Shown here piece after piece: positions 28,918-38,807 of a DNA stretch of 63,549 bases. The position numbers and the translations under genes were made by a program. Under the pieces are notes generated by a model. That model saw only the letters and a list, made by a program, of their open reading frames with translations. It was not told the DNA's origin and did no database searches. How positions within the stretch are numbered: the stretch's first letter is position 1; every line of letters begins with the position of its first letter. This stretch comes from Eubacteriales bacterium (GTDB lineage: Bacteria; Bacillota; Clostridia; Oscillospirales; CAG-272), in assembly GCA_045638385.1 (NCBI GenBank), contig JAZUBI010000128.1:1-63549 (forward strand), written 5' to 3'.

Positions 28918-30276
28918 ATGAAAATTGGATTTATATCTCTCGGCTGTCCGAAAAACCAGCTCGACACCGAGGTAATGCTCCATGAGGTCGCCTCCAAAGG
29001 GCATGAAATAACCCCCGAGGAGACCGACGCGGACATAGTAATAATCAACACCTGCGGATTTATCGAATCCGCAAAAAAGGAAGCGATCGATAACATACTC
29101 GATATCGCTTGGCTCAAAAAGCACCATACACTCAAAGGACTTATAGTCACCGGCTGTATGGCGGAGAGATACGGCAAGGAGATACTCGAGGAATTCCCCG
29201 AGGTAGACGCCGTGCTTGGAGTCGGAAGCATCCATAACATATGCGACGCGGTAGATCACGTTATCGCCAACATCGGCAAGAAGCGCAGGCGTAACGATCC
29301 CGATTGCAGATATTTCTCGCACGAGGATAAGGATACCGTAAGACTCGGCGGCGACAGAATACTCACCACCCCCGACTATGCCGCTTACCTCAAAATAAGC
29401 GAGGGCTGTGATAACCGCTGTACCTATTGCGCGATCCCCGACATCCGCGGCAAATTCCGCTCTCGTCCTATGGAGGATCTTATAAAGGAAGCAAAGGAGC
29501 TCGACTCACTCGGAGTCAAGGAGCTTACCGTCATCGCGCAGGATACGACAAGATACGGAATCGACCTTTACGGCGAATACTGTCTTGATAAGCTTCTCCG
29601 CAGGATCACCGAGGAAACAAGCATCCCGTGGATACGTGTCCTCTATTGCTACCCCGACAAGATCACCGACGGTCTTATCGAGGAAATGAAGAATAATCCG
29701 AGAATACTTCACTATATCGATCTCCCCCTCCAGCATATCAGCGACAGTGTCCTCCGCAGAATGAACAGACACGGAAAGAGTCAGGAAATACGCGAGGTGC
29801 TCTCAAAGCTCCGCCGCGAGATCCCCGACATAGTCATCCGCACAACCTTCATCGTCGGATTTCCCGGCGAGACCGAGGAGGACTTCGAGGAGCTCTGCGA
29901 ATTTGTCAAGGAGCAGAAATTTGCCCGCGCAGGAGTGTTTACCTACTCGCGCGAGGAAGGCACTCCCGCCTATGACTTCGAGGATCAGATCGACGAGCAG
30001 GTGAAGCAGGACAGAATGGATATTCTCATGCGCACACAGCTCCACATCAGCGACGAGGCAAACAAGGCGAAAAAGGGCTCAATAGTCACCGTTATCTGCG
30101 AGGACTACGACCCTGTAAGCGAATATCACTTCGGTCGAAGCGAGGCAGATGCCCCCGAGATCGACGGTAAGGTGTTTTTCAAATCCGACACAAGGATCGC
30201 CCCCGGCAGCTTTGTAAAGGTAAAGGTGCGCAGTGTTACAGATTATGACCTCTGCGGCTTCGCAATGAAGCAATAA
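28918..30276 (+). CDS. rimO: Ribosomal protein S12 methylthiotransferase
   Basis: MTTase N-domain (GCPKN, NTCGF), radical-SAM CDNRCTYC and a C-terminal TRAM domain. The rimO-pgsA gene order is conserved. Confidence 0.8.
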   Translation: MKIGFISLGCPKNQLDTEVMLHEVASKGHEITPEETDADIVIINTCGFIESAKKEAIDNILDIAWLKKHHTLKGLIVTGCMAERYGKEILEEFPEVDAVLGVGSIHNICDAVDHVIANIGKKRRRNDPDCRYFSHEDKDTVRLGGDRILTTPDYAAYLKISEGCDNRCTYCAIPDIRGKFRSRPMEDLIKEAKELDSLGVKELTVIAQDTTRYGIDLYGEYCLDKLLRRITEETSIPWIRVLYCYPDKITDGLIEEMKNNPRILHYIDLPLQHISDSVLRRMNRHGKSQEIREVLSKLRREIPDIVIRTTFIVGFPGETEEDFEELCEFVKEQKFARAGVFTYSREEGTPAYDFEDQIDEQVKQDRMDILMRTQLHISDEANKAKKGSIVTVICEDYDPVSEYHFGRSEADAPEIDGKVFFKSDTRIAPGSFVKVKVRSVTDYDLCGFAMKQ

Positions 30277-30304
30277 GTATATTATAAAGGAAAGGATCCG
30301 CATC

Positions 30305-30937
30305 ATGAGCAAAATGAATCTTCCTAATAAACTGACGGTCATCCGTCTTATAATGGTCCCGATCTTTATGGTCGTAATGCTCCTGCCCACGTTCGTACAG
30401 TTTGGCAAGCTGACCGATAATATTCTCACCGTTGTAGGTGTGCTCCTTTTTATAGTGGCTTCATTAACCGATATGCTTGACGGCAAGATAGCAAGAAAAC
30501 ATAATCTCGTCACCGATTTCGGCAAGTTTATGGATCCCCTTGCGGATAAATTCATGGTAATCGGCGCAATGCTCTGCATTTTCTATACAAATTCCGTAAA
30601 AGGAAGCAGAGAGGTAGCAACGCTTTATTTCTTCACACTCATCGTGGTCATATTCCGCGAGCTTGCGGTAACCTCTATAAGACTTGTGGCAAGCTCATCA
30701 AGCGGTGTCGTCATAGCGGCGAACTGGATGGGCAAGGTCAAAACGGTAACTCAGATAGTTGCGGTCTGCGCCGCTATCATAGAGCCTATGCTCTGGTCGG
30801 CGTTCAATGTAGGCGGCTTTGTCGCAAGCTTCCCGCCCATTACCTTTGTAACCACGGTCGTAACGGTATACCTCACTATCCACTCCGGTTTGAATTATAT
30901 AATCGGAGCTTGGAAATACCTTGACCCGCAGAAATAA
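30305..30937 (+). CDS. pgsA: CDP-diacylglycerol--glycerol-3-phosphate 3-phosphatidyltransferase
   Basis: CDP-alcohol phosphatidyltransferase motif DMLDGKIARKHNLVTDFGKFMDPLADK, with multiple TM helices. Confidence 0.9.
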   Translation: MSKMNLPNKLTVIRLIMVPIFMVVMLLPTFVQFGKLTDNILTVVGVLLFIVASLTDMLDGKIARKHNLVTDFGKFMDPLADKFMVIGAMLCIFYTNSVKGSREVATLYFFTLIVVIFRELAVTSIRLVASSSSGVVIAANWMGKVKTVTQIVAVCAAIIEPMLWSAFNVGGFVASFPPITFVTTVVTVYLTIHSGLNYIIGAWKYLDPQK

Positions 30938-31099
30938 TATAAAATATAAAAAGAAAACAAAAATGCTTACGGTTCTATGTTTTGTGCGATTCCGTAAGCA
31001 TTTTTTGTTTAAAAATCATCGCATTATTCGCAAAATATGGAATATCAGCGACCAAAAGGACAAAATACGCCATTTTTTCACCTTTTTTCCTAAAAACCC

Positions 31100-31128
31100 T
31101 TGACATTGAGGAAAAGCAGTGCTAAAAT
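31100..31128 (+). promoter_or_regulatory. Promoter of the 31202-32582 bicistron
   Basis: TTGACA (31100-31105), 17 nt, TAAAAT (31123-31128). Confidence 0.6.
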
Positions 31129-31201
31129 GGATTTAGTATACATTGTTGCATATGTGTTTCTAAGTGTAATCTTATGCTTAACAGTACTATTGGAGGTTAT
31201 T

Positions 31202-31795
31202 ATGGCAACCCAAGTTGTAGACATCACCTGCCCCGGTTGCGGAGCGGCAGTAACAGTAAATCAGAAGAAGTGTGAATGGTGCTCAAGACCTATTACCATC
31301 CGCACGTTCAATGACATGTCCTCCCTCAACCCTCTTATGCTGAACAAGTACGCAAGCTCGTACAAAAAGCAGCTTCAGGAGCAACCGGACAGCACTGCGC
31401 TCAATTCCTCTATCGCAATGTGCTATCTTAAGCTTAAAATGTATAATGAAGCTTTTGAATCGTTTATGAAAGCAATTCAGGATAATTTTGACGATGCGGA
31501 TGTGTATTTCTATGCAGCCATTTGCGCTCTTAAGGGTAAGAAAGCATTTTTGCAGTCCCGTCCCGAGATAGACAAGGCGCTCGAGCTTCTCAACGCCGCT
31601 ATAATGATCGAGCCCAAGGGAATTTACTATTACTACATGGCATATATTAAATACGACTATTTCAAGCGTAAATTCTTAAATACCACACCTAATTATAAGG
31701 ATTGTCTTGCAAACGCATCCTCTCTCGGATATTCGGATGCAGACGTTGCCGAGCTCTACTCTATTCTCGGAGTTGATCCGGTAGCAATGAACTAA
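31202..31795 (+). CDS. Zinc-ribbon + TPR-like repeat protein
   Basis: Start moved to ATG 31202 (GGAGG RBS). CPGC...CEWC zinc ribbon followed by helical repeats with a TPR-like A/Y/L pattern. Confidence 0.65.
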   Translation: MATQVVDITCPGCGAAVTVNQKKCEWCSRPITIRTFNDMSSLNPLMLNKYASSYKKQLQEQPDSTALNSSIAMCYLKLKMYNEAFESFMKAIQDNFDDADVYFYAAICALKGKKAFLQSRPEIDKALELLNAAIMIEPKGIYYYYMAYIKYDYFKRKFLNTTPNYKDCLANASSLGYSDADVAELYSILGVDPVAMN

Positions 31796-31847
31796 TTTTA
31801 AACCCAAAAATCTAATATAAAAAATATAAAATTTGGAGGAACCAAAA

Positions 31848-32582
31848 ATGGCATTCAATCTTTTCAAAAAGAACAACAGCAGCGAAGCATTTTATGCAGC
31901 ACTCAGAAAGACCATGCAGAACGGCAAAAGCAAGGATCAGTGCGCTTGCATCGATTTCCTTGTAAGACCTATCGACCTCTTCAAGAACAAGAAGGGTTGT
32001 CTTAAGGGCAAGGGCTGTCTCAAAAACGGTGCAATGACCATGGACGAGTACATTGAGTACGTACAGAAGACCGTATCCGACCTCGATCTCAAGCAGCGTG
32101 CGCTCAACAAGATCGGTCTTGACGAGTCCCAGATCAGCGAGATCCCCCCTGTAATCCTCAGCGGATTTAATCTCAGAGGCGACGACGTTTACCTTCAGGG
32201 CGAGGCGGTTGACGAGAACACCTTCCGTTATGTAAGTAACATCTACTACGTTACCTACATATTCTTCTCTGCAACTCAGCTCTACACCTACAGCTACACT
32301 TTGGACACCATCAGCGATAACGTAATCGAGTTCACAAGAGACTTCTTCTACACCGACATCACATGCATCACAACTGAGCATGAGGTTGAGGAGCGTATCC
32401 TTCCCATTAAGGGCAAGGGATGCATCCCGAAGATGAAGTACGTTCACGCTAACAGAGAGTGGGATACTCTTAAGATCGTTGTTCCTAACGATTACTACTC
32501 CTTCACATCCAGAACCACCGAGACCATTGAGCAGAGCATCCAGGCTGCTAAGGCAATGATCCGTGAAAAGAAGGGTCTTTAA
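31848..32582 (+). CDS. Hypothetical protein, paralogue of the C-terminal domain of ORF 11239-12249
   Basis: Start at ATG 31848 (GGAGGA RBS). No TM helices. The conserved blocks shared with 11239-12249 are listed under that feature. A beta-rich region with FFYTDI is reminiscent of bacterial PH-like domains (unverified). Confidence 0.65.
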   Translation: MAFNLFKKNNSSEAFYAALRKTMQNGKSKDQCACIDFLVRPIDLFKNKKGCLKGKGCLKNGAMTMDEYIEYVQKTVSDLDLKQRALNKIGLDESQISEIPPVILSGFNLRGDDVYLQGEAVDENTFRYVSNIYYVTYIFFSATQLYTYSYTLDTISDNVIEFTRDFFYTDITCITTEHEVEERILPIKGKGCIPKMKYVHANREWDTLKIVVPNDYYSFTSRTTETIEQSIQAAKAMIREKKGL

Positions 32583-32614
32583 TCAATTTATTAATTGATA
32601 TCCTTTAAAGCAAA

Positions 32615-32655
32615 ACGGCTTATCTCACTTTATGTGAGATAAGCCGTATAATTTA
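32615..32655 (+). terminator. Terminator of the 31202-32582 bicistron
   Basis: 14-bp stem acggcttatctcac/gtgagataagccgt. Confidence 0.65.
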
Positions 32656-32680
32656 AAATTCAAGGTGAAATATTGCATAT

Positions 32681-33118
32681 ATGAAAAACGATGACATTAT
32701 TGTAGCGGCGGATGCGGGGTATGTCACCGATAAGAAAACCGACGAATTTGTCCCAAATAATCCTCTAAGACGCCCTAAAATAAATTATGTAAAACCGATA
32801 ATCGCGCTTCTCGTCTACATTTTGCAATTTGTGGGACTGCTTTTCATCCCATATGGCAAAGCGTGGATATGCGTTATCGTGCTTGTCGCATACAGCGCAG
32901 TATATTTTCTTTTCATAGCGAAGCGCGCGATAATCTGGGCGGTGCATGTATATCAGAACAAAGCACCTGACGAGGTTCGCCTCCGTTGTACGATGGAGCC
33001 GAGCTGCTCGGAATATATGATTCTTGCAGTTCAGAAATACGGAGTATTCAAGGGAGTGTATAAGGGAATACACAGACTTAAGCGTTGCGGTGACGAAAGC
33101 GGAATTGATTACCCATAA
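32681..33118 (+). CDS. YidD-domain (membrane protein insertion efficiency factor-like) protein with an N-terminal TM extension
   Basis: The C-terminal C.MEPSCSEYMILAVQKYGVFKGVYKGIHRLKRC matches the YidD signature (PTCS.Y...A....G...G.....R..RC). It is preceded by two TM helices. Confidence 0.6.
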   Translation: MKNDDIIVAADAGYVTDKKTDEFVPNNPLRRPKINYVKPIIALLVYILQFVGLLFIPYGKAWICVIVLVAYSAVYFLFIAKRAIIWAVHVYQNKAPDEVRLRCTMEPSCSEYMILAVQKYGVFKGVYKGIHRLKRCGDESGIDYP

Positions 33119-33185
33119 AATAACGGAGAGATGATTATCCCCCCGTTATTTTTTTATTTAAATATAATATCAATAATAGCGGCAT

Positions 33186-34841
33186 TCACGCCTTTTCTAT
33201 TGAAATATGAATCTGCACAGATCCGTTTCCAATCGCATATAATGCCCTATAATGACCGTTGCGCGTGCAACCGATCTTGCCCGTGTCCTTGATCTGACCG
33301 CTCGTCAAATATTCGCATTTATATCCGTGATAATTTATCTCAGCTCTTATTCCGTCGCAAGCTATCTCGGTATGCTCCTCTCCGTCAAAATCAAATACAG
33401 GAAGCATCAAAGCAACCTCACCATCTCCCGAAACGGTGATGTCAATTCCGTCGCAGGATGTCTTGACCCGAAGCTCCAGCCTCTCTCCGTCAAGCTCGCA
33501 GGCAAGAGCCGCAAAAGCAATATTATCACTTGCCGAGCAAGAGATCACCTCATACTCTCCGCGCGTTTTAAAGATCGGCTCACCGCTCTTTATCATTCCT
33601 GCGGCAAGGGAGACGTCACAGCAATCCTCTCTGTCAACGAAATATATGGGAGTAGCCGTTCCCGCGCAGGATAAGCAGATCTCGCTCGGCGCGCCTCGCT
33701 TGTGTATCCTGCAAACACCGCTCGCATCGTGGTCCGGATTTGCATTCGTATCTATCTGTACGCTGTAATCTCCGGAGCGCAAAAAAGTCATATGAAAATC
33801 ATCCGACAGCATAAAGGCATCGGCATTGGTAAAGGGCTCGCCCTCAGCCTCTATCTCACAATCGCAAAAGATCCTCGCCCAGTTGAGAAATGATGCCGCG
33901 GTTATCATATATTTGTTGAAATATCCGTATCCGTCGCATCCGTATTTGCTCTCAAGCGGAAAACGGTTTTTAACGTGATGAATGGGCTCTTTTGAGAGTC
34001 CGCGCTCAATAACCGCCAAAGCATCGGAAGCCGCCCTCTTGAATTTCGAGGCAAGAGGCAAATTGCCCTCTTTCTTGTGTCTCGCCGCCTCAAACTCAAA
34101 TATAACGGCAAGATGCGCCTCGTTGTGATAAAACTGATTTGATCTTCCTCCGCTCGCTATCTCACCCGTGGCAGATTGCATCCTCAGCGAAATAAGACCC
34201 GCGCGGCGCAAGCATTTGTCTATAAGGTCACGATATTTTCCGTCATATCCGTAATATAAAAGTATCGAGAAAAGCACTCTTGAAACGTTATCATAGACAA
34301 CCGGCGCGTGTGCCGCCGCATCACGGTACATAAGATTTTCATCAAGATGAACGACCTGCGTCGCAAGCTGCATATCGATAAAATCCATATCAAGGGGGCA
34401 AAGTCCGCGCTTCATTCGCAAAAACTCACCGGTAGCCGAGAAAAGCACCCAGTTATATGCAAGCTGATCGGGAGATTTTGCAACCTCGTTGTAAATTATC
34501 GGCTTTTTAAGATCCTCGCGCCAGGCGTTGACAATGCACTTGTCAACGATTTCCTTTTCACAAATAAGATCGATGCAGGCAATAATCTCCTGAACTGAAA
34601 AATCATTCGCCGCGCGATCGGTCGACATGTGCGCACAGCAAAAGCTCATCATTTCAATAAATCTTCCGTAAAGCTCCTGCTTTCTGCCGTGAGCAAGCAT
34701 CGTGCCTATATTAACAGTAAGCCTTGCAAAACCGTGCTCTGTCAGTCCGTCACGCTTTACCTCGTCGAAATATTCGTCTATCTGCCGATAGCTGTAAGCC
34801 TCCAGAGCGCGTTCCATAACTATAAGATAGCGAGATCTCAT
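33186..34841 (-). CDS. Hypothetical 551-aa protein, last gene of the oxidoreductase operon
   Basis: Start taken at ATG 34841 (GGGGGA 9 nt upstream; alternative ATG 34850). Helical N-terminal half and beta-rich C-terminal half. A polysaccharide-lyase/heparinase-like fold is only a guess. Confidence 0.55.
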   Translation of the reverse strand: MRSRYLIVMERALEAYSYRQIDEYFDEVKRDGLTEHGFARLTVNIGTMLAHGRKQELYGRFIEMMSFCCAHMSTDRAANDFSVQEIIACIDLICEKEIVDKCIVNAWREDLKKPIIYNEVAKSPDQLAYNWVLFSATGEFLRMKRGLCPLDMDFIDMQLATQVVHLDENLMYRDAAAHAPVVYDNVSRVLFSILLYYGYDGKYRDLIDKCLRRAGLISLRMQSATGEIASGGRSNQFYHNEAHLAVIFEFEAARHKKEGNLPLASKFKRAASDALAVIERGLSKEPIHHVKNRFPLESKYGCDGYGYFNKYMITAASFLNWARIFCDCEIEAEGEPFTNADAFMLSDDFHMTFLRSGDYSVQIDTNANPDHDASGVCRIHKRGAPSEICLSCAGTATPIYFVDREDCCDVSLAAGMIKSGEPIFKTRGEYEVISCSASDNIAFAALACELDGERLELRVKTSCDGIDITVSGDGEVALMLPVFDFDGEEHTEIACDGIRAEINYHGYKCEYLTSGQIKDTGKIGCTRNGHYRALYAIGNGSVQIHISIEKA

Positions 34842-34842
34842 A

Positions 34843-36714
34843 TCAGCCATTCCCCCATTTTGCTCTGTACTTACCCCAAACGCTCTCAAACCAAAGATCT
34901 CTCTCGGGCAGCGGCTTGATGGCAACCGCACTAACACATTCTCCGTCAAGCACAACTGCGTATCCGCGCCCCTCCGAGTTTTCGGGGATAGGCTCTCTTT
35001 GCATAAAGTCGCCGCCCGAAAGAACGTAAGCCGAGCCGCGCGAGCCGTATTTTTTCGCAGAGAAAAGCATAGATCTCGCAACCGCTCCCTGCATTTTGAT
35101 TATATCAAGATTTTTGAGCAGTGTCGGGATCTCGGTAACACGGCTCCACTTGTTTTTATCCTCAAATGAGTCAAGATCAGACTCGATCTCACAAAGCGCG
35201 CTCTCCATAACGCCAATATCGCGCAAAAACGCAAACGCGCGGCTCATCCTCTTGGCATATGTCTCTCTCATATCCCGAACGGTCGAGCAATCGGCTTGTG
35301 TTCTTGCAATAATGCCGTCAATGCACGAAATCGCCTCACCGAGTATCTCCTCAAAGCGCTCCGATACAGAATTATCAGCCACAGAAGCTATATGCTCTGC
35401 CGCCCTCATACTGCCGACCTGGCAGGAATTGAGCGCACTGCCGCCCGGACGGAAAATACCAAGGCTTCCTGCCGCTTCTCCCGCACAATAAAGTCCCCTT
35501 ACGTTGGTCTGCCAATCCGAATCGATCCTCACACCGCCGTTGTTGTGCTGTGCGCACACCGCAATTTTCAACGGCTCGCGCGCAATGTCAATGCCGTGAT
35601 CGGCGTAAAGCGAAATAGCTCCGGGATTCATTTTGCGAAGTCTCTCAATAGGCAGAGGAACAAGAGCATCTGAGTTCTTCAAATATGTATAGCTAACATT
35701 GTCAAGCGATCCAAAGCCGTCCTCAAGTCCGCTCGGCTCGCGAGTGAAATCCATGTAAACGTCGCGACCCAAAATAACGCTCTCGCGGTAAACGAGAAGA
35801 TCGATATAAGACGAGCCGTAGATCTTGCGCACGTCAAAGGGCCATTCGTATCCCTTCAAGAAGATATTTTTGAGCATTTCCGAATCATTCTCAAAAAACT
35901 CTCTCAAAAATTCGCGCTCAACACCGCTCTTATCGACCGAAATATATCTCGGCAATACCTGCTGATAGGTGCCCGATACGTTCCAGCGGAATTTTGTAGA
36001 CGCAAGACCGTATTGCCACTCGGAAAGATTCGAGAACTTCGCTCCGGCATCAAGCGCCAAGGAGGAATTTCCGGTGTGAGAGGTAGGATAAACGCTGTCG
36101 TAATATATCGCGGCAGGGCCGCCCGTGCAAAGAATGACGTAAGGCGTGCGTATCGCAATATATTCAAGCTTATCTGTGCTTGCGCGGTCAATGCACAAAA
36201 GACCGGTCACTTTCCCATCGTCAACAAGTATCCTGACCGCCTGCGCCCTGTCAAGCACGCATATTCCCTTTCTTGTGACCTCGCGCTCAAGCACCTCGGT
36301 CATCTTCTTTGAGGTGTAAGGACCTATTGAGGTCGCGCGACAGTAGGGATCGTGATCTGTCTTATATCCAACGTATTCGCCGTACTCGTTGGTCGGAAAA
36401 CGCACACCTAAATTTGCAAGCTTCAAAAAGCTGCGCACAGAGCCCGCGGCCTCGCACATAGCAACGTCGCCGTCCATAGCTCCTCCCGAAAACAGGGTTT
36501 CCGCCATAGCTCTCACGCTGTCGCCCGCATCGCCCGCCAATGACATCTTATAGTAGGTCTGCTTGTCGCTTCCCGTGTTTCGTGACGTGCCCGCATTTAC
36601 CGCCTCGGTCACAATAGCAATGCTTTTAACTCCAAGATCATAAAGCCAGTCCGCAGAGTTGTAGCCCGCGCATCCCGTGCCTATAATGACCGCGTCAAAA
36701 TCATATTTTCTCAT
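34843..36714 (-). CDS. FAD-dependent oxidoreductase (fumarate reductase / aspartate oxidase flavoprotein-like)
   Basis: Start moved to ATG 36714 (GGAG RBS). N-terminal dinucleotide fold DAVIIGTGCAGYNSA and a C-terminal FAD-closing motif GLYCAGEAAG. Confidence 0.8.
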   Translation of the reverse strand: MRKYDFDAVIIGTGCAGYNSADWLYDLGVKSIAIVTEAVNAGTSRNTGSDKQTYYKMSLAGDAGDSVRAMAETLFSGGAMDGDVAMCEAAGSVRSFLKLANLGVRFPTNEYGEYVGYKTDHDPYCRATSIGPYTSKKMTEVLEREVTRKGICVLDRAQAVRILVDDGKVTGLLCIDRASTDKLEYIAIRTPYVILCTGGPAAIYYDSVYPTSHTGNSSLALDAGAKFSNLSEWQYGLASTKFRWNVSGTYQQVLPRYISVDKSGVEREFLREFFENDSEMLKNIFLKGYEWPFDVRKIYGSSYIDLLVYRESVILGRDVYMDFTREPSGLEDGFGSLDNVSYTYLKNSDALVPLPIERLRKMNPGAISLYADHGIDIAREPLKIAVCAQHNNGGVRIDSDWQTNVRGLYCAGEAAGSLGIFRPGGSALNSCQVGSMRAAEHIASVADNSVSERFEEILGEAISCIDGIIARTQADCSTVRDMRETYAKRMSRAFAFLRDIGVMESALCEIESDLDSFEDKNKWSRVTEIPTLLKNLDIIKMQGAVARSMLFSAKKYGSRGSAYVLSGGDFMQREPIPENSEGRGYAVVLDGECVSAVAIKPLPERDLWFESVWGKYRAKWGNG

Positions 36715-36728
36715 ATCCACTCCAAAAA

Positions 36729-37463
36729 TCAAAGTCGTCTTATATGGAATCCGCCGTCCGCATTCAAAACCGTACCGGTTCCGAAATCAAGGAGTCCGCT
36801 TGCCGCCGCGATAACGCAGTTTGCAACGTCCTCGGGAGTTCCCCAACGCTTTATGGGCGTGATTCCCTCGGATATCAGCTTGTCGTATTTCGCACTGACC
36901 ACCTCGGTCATAGGTGTTTTTATAATACCGGGTCTTACCTCAAATACCGGAATACCGTACTCCGCAAGCTTGTCCGCGAAAAGGAGCGTGGTCATAGAGA
37001 CTCCCGCCTTTGAAATACAGTATTCGCCACGGCTGGTCGATGACGTGTAGCTTGAATTTGAAGCGATATTGACGATTCTCGGCGTGTAATCGCAAAGCCC
37101 CTTACCCTGACACTCTATCATCGCGTTAGCAAATGCCTGGCACATAAAAAACGTACCCTTCGTATTGATACCGACAACTCTGTCAAAGCTCTCCTCGGTC
37201 GTCTCAAGCACGTCAAGGCGCACCTTGCACGCAACGCCCGCATTGTTGACAAGGAGATCGATGCGTCCGTACTTCTCAAGCACGAATTTAACAAGCGCGC
37301 TCCTATCCTCCGCCCTTGAAATGTCGCATTTGCAATATACCTCGCCATCCATCTCGGCGTGAACGTCGGAATAAACAACCTCATATCCCGCATTTTTAAG
37401 TCCGTCCGCGATTCCCTTGCCTATTCCCTGATAAGCTCCCGTAACAACTGCTATTTTCTTCAT
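36729..37463 (-). CDS. Short-chain dehydrogenase/reductase
   Basis: TGAYQGIGKG, NNAG and the catalytic YCISK (YxxxK). Confidence 0.9.
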   Translation of the reverse strand: MKKIAVVTGAYQGIGKGIADGLKNAGYEVVYSDVHAEMDGEVYCKCDISRAEDRSALVKFVLEKYGRIDLLVNNAGVACKVRLDVLETTEESFDRVVGINTKGTFFMCQAFANAMIECQGKGLCDYTPRIVNIASNSSYTSSTSRGEYCISKAGVSMTTLLFADKLAEYGIPVFEVRPGIIKTPMTEVVSAKYDKLISEGITPIKRWGTPEDVANCVIAAASGLLDFGTGTVLNADGGFHIRRL

Positions 37464-38689
37464 TTTACCTTTTCTCCGTACAATTTTTTATAGTAATCGT
37501 TGAACATCGCGCATCCGGCAACGCATTTTGCTCTCATGAGCGCCGTGCATCGCGAGCAGGAAGCGCAGGTTTTCCTCGGATCAAATTCTCCGTCCTTCCA
37601 ATCTCTGTAAAACATAGGATAAGCAAGCCACTCTCTGCCAAATCCGACAATGTCGCATATGCCGTCCGAAAGCTGTGCCTCCGCCCTCTCGATAAGATCC
37701 TCTCTGTAATAGGAGAGGCCCGACCCGATAAGCACAAGGCTCGGGAATTTCTCCTTAATATGCCTCTCAACCGTAATAAATCGCTCAAGCCCCACGTCGG
37801 GCTCCTCGGGCGGCGTGTACGCGCCCTTTCTGAAGGGACGGTTGACGTGCGAATTGTAATAGGGGTTTCCGATAGTAACGTTTACAAGCGAGATACCAAG
37901 CTCCATTATCTTCTCAATAAGCATGTCGGGCTCACGAAGATCAAGCTCGTTTTTGTCGGTCGTGCCGAATCCGTAAGGATAAGGCATCATGTCCGAAATG
38001 CCAAGCCTCGTCACGACAAGGAAATCCGCAGGAACCGCCGCCTTTACCGCGCGTATCGCATCAAGATAAAGCCTTGTTCTGTTCTCAAAGCTGCCGCCGT
38101 ATCTTCCGCTCCTTGTAAAGGAGGAAAGAAGCTCCTGCATAAGGTAGCCGTGGCAGGATTTAATATCAACTCCGTCAAAGCCTGCCTCAATCGCAAGCCG
38201 TGCCGAGTGAACGTATTTTTCGGGGAGCGTGTCTATGTACTCATCGCTCACAATGCATTCGTCACTGACAGGGCGAGTCGCCTCGTATATCGGATGTCGG
38301 TAGGCTATCATGGGAGAAATGCTCTGCCTGCCCGAATGAGTCAGCTGAAGAATAAAGATAGGCTTAACACCGCACTCGTCAAGCGCGATCTGCCTAAGAT
38401 TTGCAATAAAGCTCTTAAAAGCTCCAACGTTTTCACTCGTGAGCATCATCTGCCTTGGGGTCGTGCGCCCCTCGGGACAAACCGCGCAAGCCTCAACCCA
38501 GATAAGTCCCGCGCCACTGCGCGCGGCAGAGTGATATTTTGCAACCGTCAGCTCGCTCGGCGTGCCGTCGGTGTTGCAATCGCATCCCTCCATAGGCTGA
38601 AAACAAACACGGTTTTCAAATTTTTTACCCGAAAATACAAGCGGTAAATTTAATAAATACTCCAAACCATTACCTCCCGCCGCGATCAA
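37460..38689 (-). CDS. NADH:flavin oxidoreductase (Old Yellow Enzyme family) with a C-terminal Cys cluster
   Basis: FENRVCFQPMEG and LQLTHSGRQ motifs, C-terminal CASCSRC...C..GC. The likely true start is TTG 38665, after the GGGAGG RBS. Confidence 0.8.
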   Translation of the reverse strand: MIAAGGNGLEYLLNLPLVFSGKKFENRVCFQPMEGCDCNTDGTPSELTVAKYHSAARSGAGLIWVEACAVCPEGRTTPRQMMLTSENVGAFKSFIANLRQIALDECGVKPIFILQLTHSGRQSISPMIAYRHPIYEATRPVSDECIVSDEYIDTLPEKYVHSARLAIEAGFDGVDIKSCHGYLMQELLSSFTRSGRYGGSFENRTRLYLDAIRAVKAAVPADFLVVTRLGISDMMPYPYGFGTTDKNELDLREPDMLIEKIMELGISLVNVTIGNPYYNSHVNRPFRKGAYTPPEEPDVGLERFITVERHIKEKFPSLVLIGSGLSYYREDLIERAEAQLSDGICDIVGFGREWLAYPMFYRDWKDGEFDPRKTCASCSRCTALMRAKCVAGCAMFNDYYKKLYGEKVK

Positions 38690-38807
38690 TGCCCCGCGAC
38701 CTTATGATTTGATTTTACCATATAAAAAAAGTAATTTCAATATCTTTTTTTGTTTTCAATATTGCTTTTTTTGCAAAGGTGTGCTATAATCAAAAAAAAT
38801 TGATGAA

